Below, in pieces: positions 9,160 to 17,297 of a stretch of DNA of 64,000 nt. The DNA comes from Calditrichia bacterium (GTDB taxonomy: Bacteria; Calditrichota; Calditrichia; RBG-13-44-9; J075). The DNA is taken from assembly GCA_050633245.1 (NCBI GenBank), contig JBOEGD010000020.1, forward strand, positions 141,492-205,491, given 5' to 3'. The translations under genes and the position numbers were made by a program. The notes under the pieces are model-generated. The model was given only the letters and a program-made list of their open reading frames with translations. It had not been told where the DNA came from and did no database searches. Each line of letters begins with the position of its first letter. Within the stretch, counting starts at the first letter, position 1.

Positions 9160-11517
9160 CTATCGACGGGTTACAACGATTTCTACCCTGCGGTTTTTCT
9201 GTCGGCCGCGATTGGTATCGTTGGAAGCAATCGGATCGTTGCTGGCAAATCCTTTGTAGCGCAGACGATCGGCGTCGACTCCCTGTTCCGCAACTTTCTT
9301 ATACAAACAGCGTGCTCGAACGGCGGCCAGGGAAATGGTCTCACCATCGGAGTAGGTCCCACTATAGCTGTTTGTTTCTGTTCCATCGATATGACCATAA
9401 ATGTCCAAATGCACGTTCGGATAAGCCCGTAGAATTTCGATCAGACGATTCACTTGCGGATAGGCACCCATATTCATTTTTGCAGAGTTGAATGGAAAGC
9501 GAATATCGTCCATCGTGAACTTCGCCGGTGTTCCATGCGAAGCATTGCTCAGATAGTTTGCAAGATTCCACTCCATCGAACCACGCTTCAGACCCAGTGC
9601 ATTACCGTCTGGTCCGGCTGACCCTGCGGCATAGAGCTTGTCGGCATCACCAGTGTTTGCTGCTTTAAAATCGCCACCGCTTTTTTTCGTCTCGGGCTGC
9701 GCTTTTGGTTCTGGCTTTGGTTCCGGATCCTTATCTGCTACGGCAGTTTGTCCGGCACCCGCATTTGCATCTCCCCCGTCAGCAGCACCGGCATTTGTAT
9801 TGCTATCACCAGTGTTGCCGTCGTCTGTGGTCCCGCCGTCATCTGTAGCGGCCCCGTCAGCACCATCATCTGTGGTTCCATCATCATCACCACCGATCAT
9901 GCTTGGCTGAGAAGTTTTAGGCGAATCAATTGGTCCTGCTGTGCGATCGGTATCGCATCCACGCATAAAGAACAATAAGAGCAATAGTAGAAGCAATGCC
10001 AGAAGTAACCATAGCCACCATGGCCATCCGCCGCCACCGTCTGATTCCTGACCGCGGGTGCTTGAAGCAGCACCGGGCTCGGGTCTTGACGTTGGCACGG
10101 GCTCCGGTTCTATAACTTCAGTAGGCGTGACTTCCTCATATACTTCCGGCTCAGGTTCCGGAATTGGTTCCGGAGTTGGTTCTGGTTCTGGCTCTGGAAT
10201 AACTTCTGCAGTATCGGATTCCGTGATGTCTCCTGTGTCATCAAGACTTCCTGCGACTACGGCAGCACCTGCTATTCCAGCCGCAACACCAACATCATCC
10301 AGAGTCTCAGATTGATCGCGATCGATCGAAAGGGTGAAGCTTTCTTCTTCAGTACGCGCTGTGCGAAGCGTAACACCGTAGGCCCCGGCGTATCCGGGAA
10401 TACTGCCCTGCAGGTATGCAATCGTTCGTGCCACATCCTGCGCCGATGCGTAAAGTCCACTCCGCGCAATTTCCTGACGGTTGCCAGCTCGAAGAACAAA
10501 ATAGTAGCGTCCGTTCTCTTCTTTTTGCTCGTAACGTGCCGGATTTCCGGCGTTGCGAATAACTGATCGCAGTCCATTATCTCTACTTTTTGCCGTGCTG
10601 TAAGCCTGGCTGTAGAGAATGGCCTCACCATCGTTGTCATTAAAGTGGAAATAATCTTGCGAATCTTTTTCACCTTTAAATGTCTCAAAGCCAGCTGCGC
10701 CGGAAGTCGAACGCTGTGTTAAATCGTATTGGTTACTGGCGCTACGCGATCGTTTCTTCTTTGCGTATTCTTCAGCATAAACCTGAGCGCGATTTTGCAG
10801 GTAAACGGAAGCCGTTTGCAGCTGTCCGGGAGAGTCAAACATGCGGCTGCGGGCAATTTCCTGACCATTTCGTGCCTTCAGGATAAAATAGTGTTTACCA
10901 TTTTCCTCTACTTGCTCGTAGCGAGCTGCAATACTGGCATTGTTGATGACGGAGCGGATTCGCGAATTACGTCGCGAGGTGGTAGGGAAGCTGCGACTAT
11001 ATAGAATGGCATTTCCCTGTTCGTCATTAAAGTGAAAGTAGTGCTGCTCATTTTTTGCGCTTTTAAATGGCTCGAACCCTGATTTGCCAGAAGTTGAAAC
11101 CTGAGTGAAATCGTATAATTGTTCAATTGGAATATCTTCCCCACGCATAAAAGGGAATGATTCATTGGTCTCGTCTGTTGTTGTGCGGGTAATTGTTACC
11201 GGGTAATCTTCGGTTATGTTTGCCGTGGTATTAATTTGTGTAATAAGATCGGTTGCTCCCTGTCCAAATGGATATGCCGCGCTGCGGGCAAGCTCCCGAC
11301 CATCTTTCGAACGAAGCACCGCAAAGTACTGCCCGTTTTCTACAATGCTCTCAAAGCTTTCACGATCATCAATTAAATCGAGCACGTCTCTGATAGAGCC
11401 GGTAATGCTATCCTGATCAGGATACGAACCGCTTGTGAGAAGAATGTTCTCGTTATTGTCGAGAAGATGATAGTAATACTGCCTGTCTGTGCTGTCCTGA
11501 TAAATTTGAAATTTCAT
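9160..11517 (-). CDS. membrane protein with six DUF1508 (YegP-like) repeats, Pro/Glu linker, TM helix and C-terminal OmpA-like peptidoglycan-binding domain
   Basis: Repeated YFxL(K/R)AxNxxEIARS and YFHFNDxxGxAILYS units; WPWWLWLLLALLLLLLLLFF helix; IRFPFNSA...IYGHID...NRRVEI. Confidence 0.8.
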   Translation of the reverse strand: MKFQIYQDSTDRQYYYHLLDNNENILLTSGSYPDQDSITGSIRDVLDLIDDRESFESIVENGQYFAVLRSKDGRELARSAAYPFGQGATDLITQINTTANITEDYPVTITRTTTDETNESFPFMRGEDIPIEQLYDFTQVSTSGKSGFEPFKSAKNEQHYFHFNDEQGNAILYSRSFPTTSRRNSRIRSVINNASIAARYEQVEENGKHYFILKARNGQEIARSRMFDSPGQLQTASVYLQNRAQVYAEEYAKKKRSRSASNQYDLTQRSTSGAAGFETFKGEKDSQDYFHFNDNDGEAILYSQAYSTAKSRDNGLRSVIRNAGNPARYEQKEENGRYYFVLRAGNRQEIARSGLYASAQDVARTIAYLQGSIPGYAGAYGVTLRTARTEEESFTLSIDRDQSETLDDVGVAAGIAGAAVVAGSLDDTGDITESDTAEVIPEPEPEPTPEPIPEPEPEVYEEVTPTEVIEPEPVPTSRPEPGAASSTRGQESDGGGGWPWWLWLLLALLLLLLLLFFMRGCDTDRTAGPIDSPKTSQPSMIGGDDDGTTDDGADGAATDDGGTTDDGNTGDSNTNAGAADGGDANAGAGQTAVADKDPEPKPEPKAQPETKKSGGDFKAANTGDADKLYAAGSAGPDGNALGLKRGSMEWNLANYLSNASHGTPAKFTMDDIRFPFNSAKMNMGAYPQVNRLIEILRAYPNVHLDIYGHIDGTETNSYSGTYSDGETISLAAVRARCLYKKVAEQGVDADRLRYKGFASNDPIASNDTNRGRQKNRRVEIVVTRR

Positions 11518-11705
11518 GGTCCAAAGTACCTGATTTGTGGAACTGATGGCTAATTAGCGTGTGTTTTTTGCACTGCGGGGCGGGCAGTTCTTATATCCAG
11601 AAAAAATAAGGAAATTCTTGATATTATTCAAGGTGCTGTGAAAATTAATATTTTGCGTTTTTTAACAGTCTAATCAGGGGGGATCTGCTACAAAGGTGAG
11701 ATGGT

Positions 11706-12128
11706 TTAATCGCGCCCTCCCAGTGAAAAATCTCTTTTTGCGGTACTGATGGTAATCGTAAAGCCTGCAATGACATCAATAAGTGACATGAATCCAAGGA
11801 TGAGGAACGCGGAGTCTGCAACCTGAGGAAGCATTAGGAACTCTACCAGGTAAATGATGAATACAAACATTGAAAACGTGTGTTCTACAACGGTTGTTGT
11901 GGCAGTTTGGGTAGATTTTATCAGCTCGATGTACAGAACAACCAGTCCGATTAAAATTAATACATCGCGATTTGTGGGAATCCATGATTTGCCAGAGGGT
12001 AGTGGGAACTCAGCGATTTGAAAGTCGAGTACATTGGTGTCGGGATTTGTTGCTGCGAAACCAATAATTATCACATTGTATGCTACCAACAGCAGTGCAA
12101 ACAGTGGCACATTTTTAATAAAACCCAT
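11706..12128 (-). CDS. small integral membrane protein (about 4 TM), function unknown
   Basis: Four hydrophobic segments; GAAGGG Shine-Dalgarno-like motif upstream. Confidence 0.8.
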   Translation of the reverse strand: MGFIKNVPLFALLLVAYNVIIIGFAATNPDTNVLDFQIAEFPLPSGKSWIPTNRDVLILIGLVVLYIELIKSTQTATTTVVEHTFSMFVFIIYLVEFLMLPQVADSAFLILGFMSLIDVIAGFTITISTAKRDFSLGGRD

Positions 12129-12596
12129 TTACTACCCTTCATTAATTTGTCGTGTTGTCATCATTGGCAGCTTAAATAACTGCCAGCGCGCGAATGATTT
12201 TTTCCGAACGCCTAACATAAAAATCGACAAAACAGGATGTTATGTAATAATCTAATTAATTAATTTCACAATTACAAGATGGGGTTAGACTCTCTTGCTG
12301 TGCTGTCAAATGGTCTATTATTGAGCCAATCCTCTGTTTGTGATGCGCCTTTCAACACTTTCGCTTTTTTCGACATCTCTGCTCGAAATTCACCACCGCC
12401 TTGAAGCCCTTTAAATCAATGATATGAACTTGATAGGTATGGAAAGTCGACAAACCTTTGCCGCAGCTGTTGACAAATCTGAAAAAAAAATTATATTTCT
12501 AATGTCGCTGACGTAACTGCCGACAGGCGGTTGGACAAGAGAACGAGAGTATACAAGACATATAAAGATTCAAATAACCAACACGGAGGTTCGGTT

Positions 12597-12995
12597 ATGT
12601 TTTTTATCAAGGCAGATACTACCACCCAAAGACTTAACATTACAATCCAGCAAATCGACGATGCAGAAGACTTAAAGTCTATTCTGTTTATTGTTAAGCG
12701 TGAAGTTATCAAGCTGAATCCGGGCTGGACGGCAGCACTTGATTTTCGCGGCATGGGCGCTTTGGAAGAAAAGCTCATGACCTACCTGAAAGACCTTCAA
12801 AGATTATTCCTGAACTACAGCGTTGGTCGAATTGTAACGCTTGTAGACAATGTTGTATTAAAGATGCAGCTGATTCTGATGGGCAAAGAATCCGGTGCTT
12901 ACGATATCTCTTCGCGCTTTTCATCCGAGAAGGAATGGAAAGCATTTCTCGCCTCACCCCCCGGCATAGACCGGCCTACCTCAGAGTTGTTTTAG
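12597..12995 (+). CDS. hypothetical protein, STAS/SpoIIAA-like fold suspected
   Basis: GGAGG before ATG 12597; pattern WTAALDFRGM...IVTLVD...LKMQL...F.SEKE. Confidence 0.65.
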   Translation: MFFIKADTTTQRLNITIQQIDDAEDLKSILFIVKREVIKLNPGWTAALDFRGMGALEEKLMTYLKDLQRLFLNYSVGRIVTLVDNVVLKMQLILMGKESGAYDISSRFSSEKEWKAFLASPPGIDRPTSELF

Positions 12996-13005
12996 ATGGA
13001 TTGCA

Positions 13006-13040
13006 GCCCCTCGAAGATGTCAGACTTCGAGGGGGTTTTT
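13006..13040 (+). terminator. rho-independent terminator (copy 1)
   Basis: CCCCTCGAAG-loop-CTTCGAGGGG followed by a T run. Confidence 0.85.
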
Positions 13041-13194
13041 CTCTAAACAATAGTTTTGAGTGTAGATGTGTTGCGAGATAATCGCATGAGCAAAGGCCAT
13101 GAAAACTTCACACTTCCTTGACTTGTCAAGAAGTGCAACCTTCCTCACCTCCCGGTATTAACCGGCCTACCCCAGCTGTTTTAGATGGATTGCA

Positions 13195-13228
13195 GCCCCT
13201 CGAAGGTGTCAGACTTCGAGGGGGTTTT
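13195..13228 (+). terminator. rho-independent terminator (copy 2)
   Basis: Same stem as copy 1, followed by a T run. Confidence 0.75.
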
Positions 13229-13467
13229 ATGTACAGATGGACGTTGAAAGTAGAAAATTTGAGGTACAAAAAAGCACGTTTAGAGATTTTGTTCTAAAAC
13301 ACAACCAAAACGCCTCTCTGGTGCCTAATTAGTAGCGGCTCTTACGAGGCAGGCGCTTCGATTTAATGCTTTCAGATCGCCTCTCCCACAACAACCGCAA
13401 CAGTCGAAGCATGAATCCGGCTGCAAATATTTAAGAGTATTTTCAGATTCACCAGGAGATCACAGAG

Positions 13468-14607
13468 ATGAGTCAACAGCAGAGTAAGCTGACATTTTTC
13501 TGCGAAATGTGCAATAAACCGATTGATAGTAATATTTGTTCCATACACGGAATAGACTTTGTTACGATCAAAAAGATATCATTGGATGGAAGCGTTGCTC
13601 CGGAACGTAAGAGCAAACCACGTCGTACGTCTACAAAGGTCTCAGAACCCAGAGTTATTTCTGATTCCCCAAAGGAAACCGGTTTGGTGCCCCTGCAACC
13701 AGGTAAACCGCCTGTTCAGGAATCACAGTTGCCCGCTTTACCCGGCGATCCGCGCGTGAACCCTGCAATTGAAGACATTCCGGAAGAGGATGTTGAACCC
13801 GTTCTTCCCCAACCAAATCCTTTTGTCAACCCTCAGCAAAACCCTACCGATGGCGGGATACCGGCATTCCAGCGTGGTCGCGGCGGTGAATATCGCCAAC
13901 AGCCTCAGGAACAAGGTGAAGTTCGCGAGGAATTTGTTTATCAGGAAGCCGTTGAAGATGATGTGGAAGACTATTATGAACCGCAAATGGGTGGTCAAAC
14001 CGCACCTGCACCTTCCAGTTCAGTAGGTGGCTGGATGGTGGCGCTGCTCGCTGCACTGGTTGTAATCTTGCTGGCCGCAGGGTTTTATGTTTTCAATCAG
14101 CGCAGTAATACGCCGACGTCTTTATACTCTCAAGCTGAATCGCTTTACACCGAGCAAAATCTCAGCGGGGCAATGGAACGTTATCAGGAGTTCGTAAAGC
14201 GTTTTCCAGACAACCCGCTGGTGCCAATAGTACAGACCAAAATAAAGCAGATTCGCCAGGAGGTTCGTGCAAGCAATGGCGAGATGGATGAAGAAATAAA
14301 AATCATTATGCTTGCGGCTAATGCTGCATTTGAAAAAGAAGACTATATTTCTCCCAAAGACAATAATGCCCTTGCTCATGCACAGAAAGTGCTTGATATT
14401 AGTCCGAATTATGGCCCGGCGCTGGATCTGAAAAGCAAGATTATTCGATACTGTGAAGATGAGGCAAATGAGGCGCTAAGAGTCAAGGATTACAATACTG
14501 CGCTGAGTTACTATCAAACGATGTCTGAGATTATGCCGAAAAATACATCCATTCTCGAAAAGATTCGTGAAGTTTTAGCTGCAAAAAGCAAGAATCGCGG
14601 CCGATAA
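13468..14607 (+). CDS. bitopic membrane protein: N-terminal Cys/His zinc ribbon, Pro-rich linker, TM helix, C-terminal TPR repeats
   Basis: CEMC-x7-CSIH; VALLAALVVILLAAGFYVF; TPR-like LYSQAESLY...YQEFVKRFP; AGGAG Shine-Dalgarno. Confidence 0.8.
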   Translation: MSQQQSKLTFFCEMCNKPIDSNICSIHGIDFVTIKKISLDGSVAPERKSKPRRTSTKVSEPRVISDSPKETGLVPLQPGKPPVQESQLPALPGDPRVNPAIEDIPEEDVEPVLPQPNPFVNPQQNPTDGGIPAFQRGRGGEYRQQPQEQGEVREEFVYQEAVEDDVEDYYEPQMGGQTAPAPSSSVGGWMVALLAALVVILLAAGFYVFNQRSNTPTSLYSQAESLYTEQNLSGAMERYQEFVKRFPDNPLVPIVQTKIKQIRQEVRASNGEMDEEIKIIMLAANAAFEKEDYISPKDNNALAHAQKVLDISPNYGPALDLKSKIIRYCEDEANEALRVKDYNTALSYYQTMSEIMPKNTSILEKIREVLAAKSKNRGR

Positions 14608-14621
14608 TTTCAACAGGATGC

Positions 14622-14650
14622 TTGACACCCGATAGATATCTGCTTATATT
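14622..14650 (+). promoter_or_regulatory. sigma70-type promoter upstream of rpoZ
   Basis: TTGACA-N17-TATATT. Confidence 0.7.
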
Positions 14651-14697
14651 CATTGCTACTTATTTCGGATACTCATTGTTTTAAATAAAGGTATATC

Positions 14698-15003
14698 ATG
14701 CCGGCCAAAACACAAGATATTGAAAAGCTGCTTGAAATTACGCCAAATCTTTATGAGGCTGCTCTCGTAATCGGACGTCGCGCACGTCAAATTAACGAAG
14801 AGATGTATCAGAAAAAGCGTGATCGTCAGATTTTGGAAGAGCTCGAAGGCGGGTTCGACGAAGATTTTCTACAGGTCGATTCTGACGAAGCTGACATGCA
14901 CGATTCTCACCTTGAAGAAGAAAACCCGATTATCCACGCCGAACGCAACTTTTTTGAACAACAGCTTAAGTTCGAATTCCCGAATCTTAAGAGAGACGAG
15001 TAG
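14698..15003 (+). CDS. rpoZ: DNA-directed RNA polymerase subunit omega (Bacteroidota/Chlorobi type)
   Basis: NLYEAALVIGRRARQIN omega signature with acidic insertion. Confidence 0.85.
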   Translation: MPAKTQDIEKLLEITPNLYEAALVIGRRARQINEEMYQKKRDRQILEELEGGFDEDFLQVDSDEADMHDSHLEEENPIIHAERNFFEQQLKFEFPNLKRDE

Positions 15004-15095
15004 TCCACGGCCATTTTCAATCGGTAAGCTTATATAAACTATTGCCGTTCTCTCCACTATGGAAAGAACGGCTTTCTGCGTTAAGAGGCCTTCAT

Positions 15096-16688
15096 ATGCA
15101 TCACCCCTCCATCATTTTTCACAATTGCCGCATCTTTGATGGCAACACTTTTCTTTCCTCCAATACCAGTGCGTTAGCCATAAAAGGCGGCGTTATAGAG
15201 GCACTCGGTTCTGATATTGACATTGTTGCACTTGCCGGACCAAATACCCGAATGATCAATGGTGAAGGAAAACTGTTGTTGCCCGGTTTGATCGACTCTC
15301 ATACTCATTTGAGCATGTATGCTGCGCGGAAACTACAGGTCGATCTTTCCGGCTGTGCTTCCCTACAGGAGGCACTTAAGGTAATAAGGGCTGGTGTAGA
15401 GCGATCTGCTGCTGGAGAATGGGTTGTTGGATACGGATGGGATAAAAACTTGTGGGGCGATGAGTATCCAACCCGACAAATGTTGGACGAAATTTCTACC
15501 CGCCACTTTATCTCGATGCAAAGTAAAGACTGGCATAGCCTATGGGTAAATACTCCGGTTTTAGCGGTCTGCGGGATAGATGCAACCATGCGCGACCCTG
15601 CCGGGGGCACAATATTACGGCAGTCCGATGGGCGTGAACCAAATGGGATTCTGCAGGAGAACGCCTGCACAATTGTGTTGAAGCAGATTGCACCGATTCC
15701 ACTGGAACAGCTGTATCCAGCCTTAAAAAAGACCTTTGAAGAATGTCATGAATTTGGAATTACTGCGATTCACAGCGTCGAAACGAACTACGACTTCGCA
15801 AATTACAGTCGACTTTATAGCCAGGGACGACTTGGTTTACGCATATTTTTCTACTTCCCCGCAATGCATTTAAAAGATAATTCCTTCTCAGATTTTGCTA
15901 AAGAATCGGGAAACAGCTTTCTGAAAATATGTGGCGCTAAGCTATTTATGGATGGTACTCTTGGCTCGCAGACTGCAGACATGTTGCAATCACTGGAGGG
16001 ACTCGATCATAAAGGCGTTGCTGTTTTAACGGAAGGTCAATTAGCCGAGTATTTAACGCTGGCGGTAGAGCAGGGACATTCCTGTGCCATTCATGCAATC
16101 GGTGACGCTGCGAACCGGAAGACGCTCGATGGTTTTGCCGCCGTCAGAGAAGAGAGTAAAAGAAAAGGATTACGACATCGGATAGAGCATGCGCAAATAC
16201 TCGACCCTGCCGATATTGCTCGTTTTGCTGAGCTCGATATAATTGCCAGCGTTCAACCAATACACCTGGCTGCAGATATACCGCTAATTGAGCGTTACTT
16301 GGGAGAACGCAGTCGGTTTGCCTATGCCTTCAGTAGCTTGCATCGTAGTGGTGCAATGCTTGCTTTTGGCTCAGATACTCCTGTTGAGTCTTTTGACCCG
16401 TGGAAGGCGCTTTATACGGCCATTAAGCGCAAGTATTTGTGTAATCCCGATGCGCAGTCACTGTTTGCTGCTGAAGGCGTAACATTAAAAGAGGGATTAA
16501 AGGCTTATACTGCGAATAGTGCGTATACTGTTTTTGAGGAAGATCGTCTTGGTGTACTTAATGCCGGGATGCTGGCTGATGTAGTACTTCTGAATGCATC
16601 TCTTTTTGATGAAGATGCCGAGTCGTTGTTGTCGACGAAGCCACTTTTGACATTGCAGAATGGCCGTGTGGTTTACGACGCTCTTTAA
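15096..16688 (+). CDS. metal-dependent amidohydrolase (YtcJ-like, Amidohydro_3)
   Basis: PGLIDSHTH, KLFMDG, HAIGD, RIEHAQ, FGSD motifs. Confidence 0.92.
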   Translation: MHHPSIIFHNCRIFDGNTFLSSNTSALAIKGGVIEALGSDIDIVALAGPNTRMINGEGKLLLPGLIDSHTHLSMYAARKLQVDLSGCASLQEALKVIRAGVERSAAGEWVVGYGWDKNLWGDEYPTRQMLDEISTRHFISMQSKDWHSLWVNTPVLAVCGIDATMRDPAGGTILRQSDGREPNGILQENACTIVLKQIAPIPLEQLYPALKKTFEECHEFGITAIHSVETNYDFANYSRLYSQGRLGLRIFFYFPAMHLKDNSFSDFAKESGNSFLKICGAKLFMDGTLGSQTADMLQSLEGLDHKGVAVLTEGQLAEYLTLAVEQGHSCAIHAIGDAANRKTLDGFAAVREESKRKGLRHRIEHAQILDPADIARFAELDIIASVQPIHLAADIPLIERYLGERSRFAYAFSSLHRSGAMLAFGSDTPVESFDPWKALYTAIKRKYLCNPDAQSLFAAEGVTLKEGLKAYTANSAYTVFEEDRLGVLNAGMLADVVLLNASLFDEDAESLLSTKPLLTLQNGRVVYDAL

Positions 16689-16691
16689 GCA

Positions 16692-17297
16692 TTACTTACC
16701 CTTTACACCCGGAATGGCAAATCGTACTTGTTGCCCTTTCCCCTGCACCAAATAGCCAAAGCGTGTAATGTCGCTTGTCTCTAGTGGCAGGTGCGTACGC
16801 ATGGGCACGCCATTTACTTCAAAACGAATCTCATTGCTGCTGTGAAAGAAAATATTTTTAAATACATAGCGGTTGTCGTGTGGAATGATTTCAACGGATT
16901 TGCTATGAATCATTTGCAGGCGGATGTTGGAGGCCTGTTGAACAACTTGCGCTAAGACCATTCGTTTACCGCTTCTTGAGTATCCCACCGCATAAAGCAA
17001 AGAGTCATTTCCAAAACAGTAGAATGGCTGTGAATCCTTCAACGAGCCGTCTGTCCAAACATCCCCTTGAAACCAGAATTGATTTGCGTAATCAGGTGTA
17101 GAAAAATTGGCAACTGAAAAGCCAATTTCTGCATTTGGTTGGAGGCAAAATCGACCTCTCGAATCTGTGCTGGTGTCTGCATGAGTTGTTGTTGAAGATT
17201 GATTGAATCCGAGTGTGGAGAGGAAACAAAGAAGTATAAATGTAGTAAGCCGTGAAATGCGGCTTCGCATTTCACGGCGGCTAATAAGTAATGTCAT
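16692..17297 (-). CDS. hypothetical exported protein
   Basis: ATGA overlap with the upstream gene; signal-peptide-like MRSRISRLTTFILLCFLSTLG (alternative start at 17270). Confidence 0.65.
   Translation of the reverse strand: MTLLISRREMRSRISRLTTFILLCFLSTLGFNQSSTTTHADTSTDSRGRFCLQPNAEIGFSVANFSTPDYANQFWFQGDVWTDGSLKDSQPFYCFGNDSLLYAVGYSRSGKRMVLAQVVQQASNIRLQMIHSKSVEIIPHDNRYVFKNIFFHSSNEIRFEVNGVPMRTHLPLETSDITRFGYLVQGKGQQVRFAIPGVKGK
17249..17278 (-). terminator. perfect 13-bp hairpin just after the LVIVD/Ig gene
   Basis: GCCGTGAAATGCG-GCTT-CGCATTTCACGGC. Confidence 0.55.

Larger units (their letters stand above)
12952..13228 (+). repeat. imperfect direct duplication (about 87 bp) of gene 3' end plus terminator
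   Basis: 12952-13039 vs 13143-13228 share CCGGCCTACC and TGTTTTAGATGGATTGCAGCCCCTCGAAG.TGTCAGACTTCGAGGGGGTTTT. Confidence 0.9.

Noticed and set aside
12203-12250. dif-like site (TAACATAA...TTATGTAA)
   Set aside because: The arms are separated by far more than the 6-bp dif spacer.
13102-13115. AAAACTTCACACTT, 13/14 identical to the recombinase site II left arm
   Set aside because: No matching second arm at a 6-bp distance, it is part of a different local hairpin, and it lies about 14.7 kb away across core genes; probably chance.
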